Part shown: positions 26,530 to 38,500 of the stretch, piece after piece | Numbering within the stretch: the first letter of the stretch is position 1 | Layout: the number at the start of each line of letters is the position of its first letter | Source: Eledone cirrhosa | Taxonomy: Eukaryota | Assembly (NCBI GenBank): GCA_964016885.1 | Contig: OZ024762.1 | Location: forward strand, 4,774,001 to 4,838,000 | DNA length: 64,000 nt | Direction: 5' to 3' | Notes under the pieces: generated by a model | The model's database searches: none | The model's input: the letters and a program-made list of their open reading frames with translations, nothing else | Told to the model about the DNA's origin: nothing | Position numbers and translations under genes: made by a program

Positions 26530-26791
26530 ACCCGAGTACAGCAGATTTCTTCCAGAGAAAGATAGAAAGTGAGAGAGAGGAAATGAGAAAGAGATATAGA
26601 GGAAGACTCGACCCCAGTACTAGACTGGTACTTTTTTATCGACCTCAAAAGGATGAAAGGCAAAGTTGACCTCGGTGGGATTTGAACTCGGAGAGCAGTG
26701 AGCCGGAACGAATACCATAAATCCTTCTATCTGACGACCTTAACAACTCTGCCAATTCGCTGCCTAGTTTCTGTTGCATACTTGCTTCTAT

Positions 26792-27105
26792 AAGGCCACG
26801 TAGCTTAGTGGTTAGATTGTTCGGCTTACAAGTAAGGTCGTGAGTTCGATTCCTGGTGACGGGCTGTGGCCTTGAGCAGGACACTTTATTTCCCGTTGTT
26901 CCAGTCCACACAGCTAGCAAAAAAATGAGTTGCACCTGTAATTCAAAAGGCCAGCCTCACCACACACTGTGTTATGCTGAATCTCCCTGAGATTAACTAT
27001 GTTAAGAGTACATGTGTCTGTGGAATACTCAGCCACATGCACGTTGATTTCACGAACAGGTTGTTCTGTTTATCGTACCAACTGGAGCACTCGTCTTCGG
27101 AACAC
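26792..27105 (+). mobile_element. tRNA-derived SINE, family B
   Basis: GGCCACGTAGCTTAGTGGTTAGA..GAGTTCGATTCCTGG..CCTTGAGCAGGACACTT. A second partial copy lies on the minus strand at 32625-32835. Confidence 0.75.
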
Positions 27106-28069
27106 ATACACACACATCCACACACATCCACACATAAACACATACATATAAACACACATACACACACATACATACACACAAACACATACATACACACACA
27201 AACACATACATACACATGCACACAGAAACGTAATACACCCACATACACATACACATATACCACATACGCACATACATATACACACATACACATATACACA
27301 CACATACACACACAGAGATACACACACATGCACACACAAACACATACACGCTCATACATACATACACATACACACACAAACACATACATACACATACACA
27401 CTCATGCATATACACACACACACTCACACCACCCATATTCCTGCTACTAAATATTATGTATAACTGTTAGAGGTGAAGTCTCCCAACAGGATATATGACT
27501 CAACCTTAACTACATCTAAAGCTGCAGTGACTTCATCAAGGAAGGACCTGTATTCGGACTCCTTGTTTGGTGCATAAACTTGCACCACCCACAGAGACCT
27601 ATCTTTCAGCCTGAGCTTCAAAAGGAAAATCCTCCCTCCTAACAGGATACAGTCTATAACATATTCTGAAAGCTGGGAGCTTCAGTATCCCCACTCCCGC
27701 CTGTGCAATCATTTCAGGCGCCACACCTAAACAGTGGAGTTTCCATCCTACATCCAAATCTACAGTATCAGAGCCACAGAACATTGTTGAGGAGACCCCG
27801 ACTATATCTAGCCTGCTCCACTAGTTCCTGCTCCTTATTTGTAAGGGATGTAATGTTCCAGGTTCCAATTGTCAAGGTTTGCTCTCTTCCGGAACCTCTT
27901 TGGGGTCTCAGGATACGCAGGCTTATCGCCAGTTTTTTGCGGCATGAAATGAAGACTGCAATATATTTTTCGAACAGGCCCCTCTCTTGTTCATTATTTA
28001 CATGAAGTACCAGTAATGTACTGGGTAATTGCTGGCCTTGTGCCAATAGTAGAAACAATTATTTACATG

Positions 28070-28910
28070 AACAGGATTGACATGCGCAGCCAAGTTGGAA
28101 GTGGTATCATGACTAGCGGGTATAAAATCAGTCGGCTGGAATTTGCAGACGACATGGTGTTACTTAACTCGACAGAAGGTGATCTCCTACTTGCACTTGA
28201 TAGGTTTGATGCCGAGCGCTGCATGGCTGGAATGAAAATCAGTGCTGCAAAATCTGAGTCACTCGTCCAAAGAAAGCATGCGCAGTGCACTCTATACGTG
28301 AAAGCAGTTCCACTGAAGCAGGTAGAGAAGTTCAAGTATCTCGGGGCCGTGTTCACGAGTGATGGAAGGCAGGAGGCTGAATTAAGTGCAAGAATTGCAA
28401 AAGCTGGTGCAGTAAGGCACCACCTTCATCATTCGGTAATCAGAAGAAGGGAGGTTGGTGTATAAGCCAAAATCGCTATCTTCAATTCGGTATTCGCGCC
28501 AACCCTTAACTATGGTCATGATTCTTGGGTAATGACCGAAAGAATTCAATCGTGAATACAAGCGGCCGGAATGGAGTTTCCTCCAAAGGGTTTTACTTGA
28601 TAAAGTGCGTAGCTCGGAGATCAGAGAGTTACTCCAGGTAGAGTCGCTACTAATCCGAATTGATAGATCACAGCTCGGACATGTGGTTAAAATGTCTCAG
28701 GAAAGAATCGCTGATTTTACGAGCAAAAACCAACCAGCAGGATACCCGGGGATAGATCCCGAGCAAGTTGGTTGGATAACGTCCATTGATTGGCTGGTCT
28801 CGCTTGGGGATCCAGCTGGAGACAGCTGGAGACGGTTGCTTCTGACAGGACCCGCTGGAGGGAGTGTTTTAGGACTCTGCCTCCACGACCCTCTCAGGAA
28901 TAAGTGGGAT
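28070..28910 (+). mobile_element. RTE-clade LINE 3' fragment
   Basis: LEFADD, GMKISAAKSE, LKQVEKFKYLG and IRELLQVES..GHVVKM, with stops and frameshifts. Confidence 0.8.
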
Positions 28911-29463
28911 AAGAAGAAGGAGAATGAGGCAGAGAGGGAAAAGGAGGAGGAAGAGGAGAAGAAGAAGAAGAAGAAGAAGAAGAAGAAGAAGAAGAAGAAG
29001 AAGAAGAAGAAGAAGAAGAAGAAGAAGAAGAAGAAGAAGGCTAGTATCAGGGTAATTTGCGCTGTGATTCTTTCGATCACTAACACTACTATATGGCGGC
29101 GAATTGGCAGAGTCGTTAGAACGTCAGATAAAATGCGCTGTGGTGTTCGTTCCGGCTCTCTACACAAGTCCCGCCGGCGAAGTCGATAAAAAGAGTACCA
29201 ATCCAATATTGGAAGTGATTGTTTCCTCTATATCTCTTTCCCATTTCCTTTCTCACTCTCTTCTCTGGAAGAAAACCTGCTGTATTCAGACTCGAAGAGG
29301 AGAAAGATGTTAAAATGGCGCCCAAACGACACCCTCGTCAGTTATTGGAACGTACATAATATATCATAATGGGCTTAACAACCTCTTCCAGTTCTCAACT
29401 TCAATATTTGTGCCAGTAACGTACTTTTAGATTAACAAAATATACACTCTATTGACAAGATAT

Positions 29464-30990
29464 TATATGTGAGATGGTGAACATTATATATGTGAGGTGG
29501 TGGACATTATATATGTGAGATGGTGAACATTACATATGTGAGATGGTGAACATTGAGATGGTGAACATTACATATGTGAGATGGTGAACATTACATATGT
29601 GAGATGGTGAACATTACATATGTGAGATGGTGAACATTACATATGTGATGGTGGACATTATATATGTGAGATGGTGAACATTATATATGTGAAATGGTGA
29701 ACATTATATATGTGAGATGGTGAACATTACATATGTGAGATGGTGGACATTGAGATGGTGGACATTACATATGTGAGATGGTGGACATTACATATGTGAG
29801 ATGGTGAACATTACATATGTGATGGTGAACATTATATATGTGAGATGGTGAACATTATATATGAGATGGTAAACATTATATATGTGAGATGGTGAACATT
29901 ATATATGTGAGATGGGGAACATTATATATGTGATATGGTAAACATTACATATGTGAGATGGTGAACATTATATATGTGAGATGGTGAACATTATACATGC
30001 GTGAGATGGTAAACATTATATATGAGATGGTGAACATTATATATGTAATGGTGAACATTATATATGTGAGATGGTGAACGATATATACATAATATGGTAA
30101 ACATTATATATGTGATTGTAAACATTATATATGAGATGGTGAACATTATATGTGTGAGATGGTGGACATTATATATGAGATGGTACATATTATATTCGTG
30201 TGAGATGGTGAACATTATATATTAGATGGTTAACATTATATATATGAGATGGTGAACATTATATATGTGAGATGGTGAACATTACATATGTGAGATGGTG
30301 AACATTACATATGTGAGATGGTGAACATTACATATGTGAGGTGGTGAACATTTTATATGTGTGACATGGTAAACATTACGTATTATATGGTGAACATTGT
30401 ATATGTGAGATGTTACATATTATATGTGAGATGGTGAACATTATATATATGAGATGGTAAACATTATATATGTGAGATAGTGAGCATTATATATGAGATG
30501 GTGAACATTACATATGTGAGATGGTGAACATTGTATATGCAATGGAGAACATTATATATGAGATGGTGAACATTATATATATGAGATGGTGAACATTATA
30601 TATATGAGATGGTAATCATTATATATGAGATGGTAAATATTATATATGAGATGGTAAACATTATATATGTGAGATGGTGAACATTATATGTGTGAGATGG
30701 TGAATATTAAATATATGAGATGCTAATCATTATGTATGTGAGATGGTAAACAATATATATGTGATATGGGGAACATTATATATGTGATGGTGGACATTAT
30801 ATATGTGAGATGGTGAACATTATATATGTGAGATGGTGAACATTACATATGTGAGATGGTAAACATTATATATGAGATGGTAAACATTATATATGTGAGA
30901 TGGTAAACATTATATGTGAGATGGTTACCATTATATATGTAAGATGGTGTACATTATATATGAGATGGTAAACATTATATATGTGAGATG
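29464..30990. repeat. About 23-bp satellite (GAGATGGTGAACATTATATATGT), roughly 65 copies
   Basis: Direct reading. Units vary by TA/TG indels. Confidence 0.95.
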
Positions 30991-31668
30991 GTTAGGGTTA
31001 GGGTTAGGGTTAGGGTTAGTGTTAGGGTTAGGGATAGGGTTAGGGTTAGGGATAGGGGATAAGGTTAGGGTTAGGGTTGGGTTAGGGTTAGTGTTGGGTT
31101 AGGGTTAGTGTTAGGGATAGGGTTAAGGATAGGGATAAGGTTAGGGTTAGCTTTAGGGTTAGGGATAGGGTTAGGGATACGGATAGGGATAAGGTTAGGG
31201 TTAGGGTTAGGGTTGGGTTTAGGGTTAGGGTTAGGGTTAGGGATAGGGATAGGGATAAGGTTAATGTTAGGGTTAGGGTTGGTGTTAGTTTTAGGGTTAG
31301 GGGTAGGGTTAGGGATAGGGATAGGGTTAGGGATAGGGTTATGGTTAGGGGTAAGGTTGATGTTATGGATAGGGTTAGGGTTAGGGTTAGGGATAGGGAT
31401 AGGGTTAACGTTAGGTTTAGGGTTAGGGTTAGGGTAAGGGATAGGGTCAGGGATATGGATAGGGTTAGGGATAAGGTTAGGGTTAAGGATAGGGTTAGGG
31501 TAAGGGATGGCGTTAGGAATAGGGATAGGGTCAGGGTAAAGGATAGGGTTAGGGATAAGGATAGGGATAGGGATAGGGATAGGGTTATGGCTAGGGGTAA
31601 GTTTAGGGATAAGTTTAGGGTAAGGGATATGATTAGGGTCAGGAATAAGGTTAGCGCTAGGGTTAGGG
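30990..31668 (+). repeat. Interstitial telomeric repeat array (TTAGGG)n with ATAGGG and other variants
   Basis: About 110 hexamers, perfect at the 5' end and increasingly degenerate toward the 3' end. Confidence 0.95.
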
Positions 31669-33039
31669 AATAATATATTTTAGGGGAAGACAAAATGAAT
31701 TTGAAATTAACACAGAACATACATACATACATATATATATACATACAAACATACATACACACATGCATGAATGCATACATACACACATACGTACATACAC
31801 ACATGCATACATACATACATACATACATACATACATACATACATACGTACATACATACATACATACATACATACATACATACATACATACAGGCATACAT
31901 GGTGGCTGCCAACTCGTTTTCGAGTATGGCCACTACTCTATATCCATGTAGGAGAACCCCTACCGATGCGCTGAACGAGTGTGACTTTTTAGTCCAGCCA
32001 GCGACTTGAAAACTCTGGTACAAACACTACACTTGTGACAATTACTGACACATAGTGCTGGGCTCATGGTACCATGTGAGGACAAGTGCAGGGAGATCTC
32101 CAGATATAAAGCAATGCCTGTGCCGTGAAGCTTTTATAGTGAGCAAAGGCACTGCACAAAGCCAGTCCCACTCTCTTAACCAAGATGATATTTACCAAAA
32201 AGAAGAACAAGTCAACATCATTGGATACCATCAGAGTTGCAGGTGTTATATCAGAGTTTTCCTTCTCCTAGAATTCTGCCTTGACAAAGGCTAAGGGCTC
32301 ATCTCTCCCGGTGATTTTGGATGGCCATTGACTCCTTTGCCCTTTGACAGGTTTTGTTTTTAGTCCTGCAGGATGGTCCAAAGTCACCCTCCTCACCAAG
32401 AAACCTTGGTGGGGCTGCCAGTTTAGTCGCCAACGACCCGACCATGAGACAGGTTGTACTGGGATACATGTTACCAGTAGCACCAGCTGGTGACCTGACA
32501 TACATACATACATACATACATACATACATACATACATACATACACAAACACATGTATACATACATACGTACATTCATATTTACATACATGTATACAAACA
32601 TACATATACACACATACATAACTGACACTCTGTCTGTTACGACGATGAGTGTTCCAGTTGATCCTATCAATCGAACAACCTACTCGTAAAATTACTGAGC
32701 AAATGGCTGGGCATTCCACAGACACGTGTACCCTTAACATAGATGTCAGGGAGAACGTGACAAGGCTGGCCCTTCGAATTACAGGTACAGCTCATTGTTG
32801 CCAGCTGAGTGGACTGGAACAACATGAAATAAGTAAGCCTGATAAACCAACAACAAAGCGACGTGTCTTCACATACATACATACATACACACACACGCAT
32901 ACACATATATGTACATACATACATACATATATACATACACACACACATATATATACATACATACATACACACATACGAACACATACATACTTACATAGAG
33001 AAGCTGTCTTCTGTGCTAATTTCAGCCATAGAGGCCGTC

Positions 33040-34739
33040 CAACATGCTAAAGTCCCAGACATTATTGTCAGAGCCATAGAGAAGCTGTCTTCTGTGCTAA
33101 TTTCAGCCATAGAGGCCCTCCAACATGCTAAAGTCCCAGACATTATTGTCAGAGCTGTAGAGAAGCTGTCTTCTTCTTGGGCTACTATCCTAAGGTTAAA
33201 GACAGAGAGGGAGGACTCTATTTTCACTGATAAAATAAAATATCGCAGGGGTGTATTTCAGGGAAACAGTCTCTCTGTGATATTATTCATTCTGTCATTA
33301 AACCCCATGTCCTTTCTGATCAAGAAATGTGAAGGATACATCATTGGCTCACAGGAAGACAGAAATACGAACCTAACCCATAATTTCTTTGTGGATGATC
33401 TGAAACTCTATGCCAAGAACATGGATGGGATGAAGAAAACGCGTAACCAGGGAATACTACACCCGATTAAGAAAGATTTGGTCATCGGAACTCTCTGCGC
33501 AAAACAAAACAGTGGCTCACAATGTGTTTTCTGTGCCTGTCCTAATACCAACATTTGGAATACTCAATTGGACGATAGACGAAATCCGAGCAGTTGATGT
33601 TAGAACTCGAAAAATACTAAACAACATCGGAAACTTCCACATCAACAGTGACATAGACCGCCTTTACTTGAAACGTAAGCAGAGAGGCAGAGGTTTAACA
33701 TCACTCCAGACAGCATTTGAATGTCGCATCATATCCCTCCGACAACATCTACGAACCTCGAAGCGTAGGAACCCGTTTCTCAAGCAAGTCTATCTGCATG
33801 AAACAGATAAGATCATGAGAGTTGGGAAGGAACTCCTCGAGAGTTATTCCCTGTGTGATAATCAAAAACTCACACCCAGGGATGTCGCTCAGCAGTATCG
33901 CAGTGAATCCTTGGACGAAAAACTGCATGCTTATCAGTAAAAAATCATGCATGGATATATTGCCAGGAAGCTCCAGAGTGAGAGTAATATAGATAAGAAA
34001 AGTAGTCTATCTTGGACCAACAACCGCTATATTGGCTCCCACTTTGAAGGATACGCTTTTGCAATCCAACAACAGGAAATCAACACGAAATACCTGATTC
34101 ACAAAAGAGATAGGGATGCAGGCAAAACACCTAGATGTGATAACAAGTGCAGACTCTGCAGAATTAACATCGAAGATGTCACCCATGTCATCAGCAGCTG
34201 CCCAAAGATGCCATCGCGGTACTATCTACCTATGAGGCATGATATAGTGGCCAAAACACTATACAATGCAATCCGTAGAAAAGATAGACCCGATAATAAA
34301 CACATTTAAAAGCTACAGCAATGTGGAAGGCATCCATATACATAATATGAAAGAGTACTGGTGGAATGTTCCAGTAAAAACCCCAATAAAATGCAGGCAT
34401 AACAGACCAGATATTATGATATGGGACAGGGAGAAGAAAACATGCACAGTAGTGGAAATTAGCTGCCAAGCAGATGCCAATATATCAAAGATTAGCGAAA
34501 AGAAGAATATTTATGCAGAACCGATGAGAAATCTGCAGATACTCCACCCTGATTACACCTTCAGATTTATGTCTGTGATTATTGAGGCACTGGGATATGT
34601 TAGTAACTGCCTCAATACAAATCTTGAGAAGCTAGGCTTCACAGGAACAGAAAGAACACAACTAGTTAGGAAATTACAAGTACAATCCATTAATGGAACA
34701 GTAAAAATATGTAAAACATTCCAAAAATGTTGCATCTAA
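33040..34739 (+). mobile_element. R4/Dong-like (restriction-like endonuclease) non-LTR retrotransposon fragment, frameshifted
   Basis: RRGVFQGNSLS, FFVDDLKLY, RLYLKRKQRGRGL, CRLC..HVISSC, RHD and WWN..HNRPDI..VEIS. Flanked by (TACA)n. Confidence 0.8.
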
Positions 34740-35259
34740 TAACTGCATATACACATGTACAGATACAAAGCATAAACACATGCACACATACAACTCAAAA
34801 CATCCACATCCACACATACAATAGCACCCATATCTACACATGCATGCATACATACATACATATCTACCTAGTTGATGTTGTGTAAATTCCAATGAGAGAG
34901 TCTTGTGTCTATGTTAGAAACCGACTCTCTCTATTGGTAAAACTTTGTGAAATTATAAAAACTGAAGAACATACATACATACTTACATACATACACACAC
35001 ACACACACGCGCGCATACATACATACATACTTACATACCACACACACACAGACATACGTACATACATGCATACACACACACTCTCACATATATACACACA
35101 CACTCTCACATGCATACATACTTACATACATACTTACATACTTTACATACATACATACATACATACATACTTACACACACACATACATACATACTTACAT
35201 ACCACACACACATACATACATACATACATACACACACACTCTCACATACATACTTATAT

Positions 35260-35298
<39 letters not shown>

Positions 35299-35527
35299 TA
35301 CATACATACATACATACATACATACATACATACATACATACATACATACATACATACATACGTAGATGAACGTACATTTCATTGCTCCTATATTTATTGT
35401 TGTTTTTTGGTTAGCTGCTTGACAAATTTTGTCCCTTCTCTTCCAATCTCTTGTCTAATCCATTTCTTAACTGTATCCCTGATTTTCTCCTTTAGCAGTA
35501 TAACCTTTGCGCACAGTTCCTTAATCC

Positions 35528-38500
35528 TTATGAAATCGAACAGATATTTTTTGTCACAACCTCTTCAGGCGTTTTTCGGGAGAGGATAGAAAATTTTGAT
35601 TGGTACATTGGAACCTGCTTCATAAGTTTCCTTTTTCTATTTACATCAAGTTCTCTCATTGCCTTGGCAGAAATCCTTGCTTTTTCTTCGGCACTCATCT
35701 CCTCATATATGGGTTTGGGAAGCTCAGGTGTGCAATTTTCTAGTAAATCGCTGTTCGAAGAATAAGACCGGATCAGTTGATTGCTTAAATCAAACTTCGT
35801 TTCATCTACCTCAGAAACGGACTTAACCGAGGGTGATCTCTTTCTAAATAGTTGCTGCTCCAGTAATGAGTGGTTAAACGCCTCGCTTTCTTTGTACTCT
35901 GTATCTGATTGCAGTTCGTCTTCACTTTTACTTGTCGGCAATGCTTGTTGAAAATATATCTTTCTCTCTTTTAAGAATGAACCTGATAATTTCACATTAC
36001 TTTCCGATGCTTTACTAGATAGAAAACCATTGGGTTCTAAGGCCATTATCTCCAAATTCCCATTTAGTGTGTAAGCACTTTCATTAGTAGGGATTAGTGC
36101 ATTTCTTCCTCCCATACGTAGTTCAGTATAATCGATTTTAGTTTGGGTGGTTTTCGAGATTTTTTCTTTAAAAATATCTATACTGAAAGTCAGAAGTTTT
36201 CTAGACGAATATATATCATATTCGTTATCGGTTTGACAAGAATTTTCACGCGTAGTTTTTTTCTCACCTTTGACCTTGGGGAAAATTAATGTAGTTTGCG
36301 TAGCAATAGATACAGATAATATCATACGATCATGGTAATTAAGGATGAACGGTGAACTCTTCGAAGATATCCGCCTTTTTAACTCTGGGTTTTTACTGAA
36401 AATAATCTCAAATTCAAAATCAATGTCAAAATGTTCCAAACCTGCCACTATATTCGACCAATGAGTTCTGTTATCCAGCAACCCCTCATAAAGAAAGGTA
36501 AATTTCTCTTCTACTTCAGATAGCAGATGAAAAATCGGAACACATGCAAAATCAATAAACCCAACATGCATTTCAGGAAATTTGTACCTATTTTCCAAAT
36601 CCATGAGAGCTGTAACTTCATGGTCTAACTTTTTCTCTTCGTCTCCCTGTTCGTAGAATTCAGCTGCAATATTAATTGCGTTTGACTTTTGAATTTCCCA
36701 TGGTCTGGTAAGAGCTGAAAGATCACATGCTGTCATCGAAATATTCATTAGTAAATCAGAATCTTCTGGAGTGTCAAATGTCTTATCTCCGCGTTCGATT
36801 TTCTCTCTAAAAGCTACAATTTCTTTAAAATGCCGTTGCAAATCTGTAGCTAGAATGGCTTTTTCGATAAATTTAAGGCCGTGTTGGTAATCTTTGGTCG
36901 AGACATTCCGAAATATATCTGTACCAGCAGTGTTTAACAACCTGATAGCCGTATCTATATGATGATGTTCCAACACCGACGTATGATATAATACAGTAAA
37001 AGGAGATGATGTCTTCGCTAGAAATGCATTATTTTTCCCTCTGTGATCAAGATCATGTAATAAGCAAGCAACCAATAAGCAGATATGTTCAAATTCTGTG
37101 AAACATAATTTCATTAAGGGAGCTCGCAAGAGACACAACATCATTTGAAATACCATTAAACCATGGTGCCAATTGTGGTAAGTATTTGGACGATAGTTCT
37201 TCTTAGCAGTTAAAATAAACCTGTATAAAATATCAATCGGTATATTTAATATAGTTAATGCTTTCTTCTCAATAAACCCCTGCGCACACAACAAAACTGT
37301 TTCCTCGTCTGAATACTTTGTCGCATTGAAATCCCGTGAATATAACTGGTACTCTTCCGAAGTAAGTCGATTTAATTTTAAGAAATGCTTTAAAAGCTTT
37401 AGATCACAAGTGGTATGATGAGTTAGTATTTCTTTCATTACGTCTCCTTGAATTGTCAACCTAACAGAACGTTCGTATAAGTGGGAATTATAAATGCTAA
37501 CTCCACAGATAAATGCAAATATCTCCATTATATTGATATCGCTTTTGCTGACAACTTCGTTGTCATTTCTAACAAATACTAAACAGCCAATAACCTCACA
37601 AAGTGCATTTGTTATTTTCATACAAAGTAACCAGTTACTCGCATCTCCTTTTACAGTAATTAACATTTCACTTGAGCCTCTGTCTAATATTACAGTTTCG
37701 ATTATGTTCGAACTTTTCATAGCCGTTTCAATTGTTCTGACATATTTTTTATTTAACGGGACTTCAGTCACTTCTACTTCATTTCTTAATAACTGAAAAG
37801 CTGTTGTGTATTTCGTCGGAGAGATCATATCATTCCCCTTATCTGCCAAATAAAGACAAATCTTGCTACAATCTAACATAACCATGGCATTTTGAAGGAT
37901 TTCTGATATAAGTTTTCGAAAATTATTTTGTTCTTTTAGAACATATCTGGTCAGTTTTAGTAATAACTGGTGACGTTTAGATTCCTCCACTGATGTTTTT
38001 AACAACTGTTCATTGTTAATACTGATTCCACAAAAAGATAGAAAACTCTTAAATATGCTTTCATCATGTAAATCGAACTTTCCACCATTTTTCTTGTTCA
38101 ATACTTGAGCTACACCTATTACGATGCCTTGTCTATCAGTAATCGGTGTAGTGAGAATACTCACTGTATGAAATCCTGTTGCGTTATCGATATCAGGTAG
38201 AAAACGTGCATCGTGGTAGGCATCATTAATGTTTAACGTGCAATTATTTTCAGCTACATATCCCACAAATCCTTTCCCCATTGGAATACGAATGGCATTT
38301 TCTTCTGTGTGAAGTGTTTCTTCCAAAACCGAAGTGGCTGTAACGTCAAAGAGTATGGAGACAAGGTTTAATTGTTTAGCCGTTCCACGTAACAGAAAAA
38401 GGCTTCCTCTCTCACAGTTAAGTATTTTACAAGTATTTTGAAGAACTTTGTGACATAATTTATTTACATTCAATTCGAAAATATCTTTTATAAATTCTCT

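Noticed and set aside
24548-26663. 646-aa and 648-aa repetitive ORFs
   Set aside because: They are products of a stop-free 31-bp minisatellite. The same peptide appears in all three frames, with no domain or codon signal.
26792-26860. tRNA gene
   Set aside because: The tRNA-like head lacks a full cloverleaf and runs into a dispersed SINE body.
30990-31668. Head-to-head telomere fusion site
   Set aside because: No opposing CCCTAA array is present.
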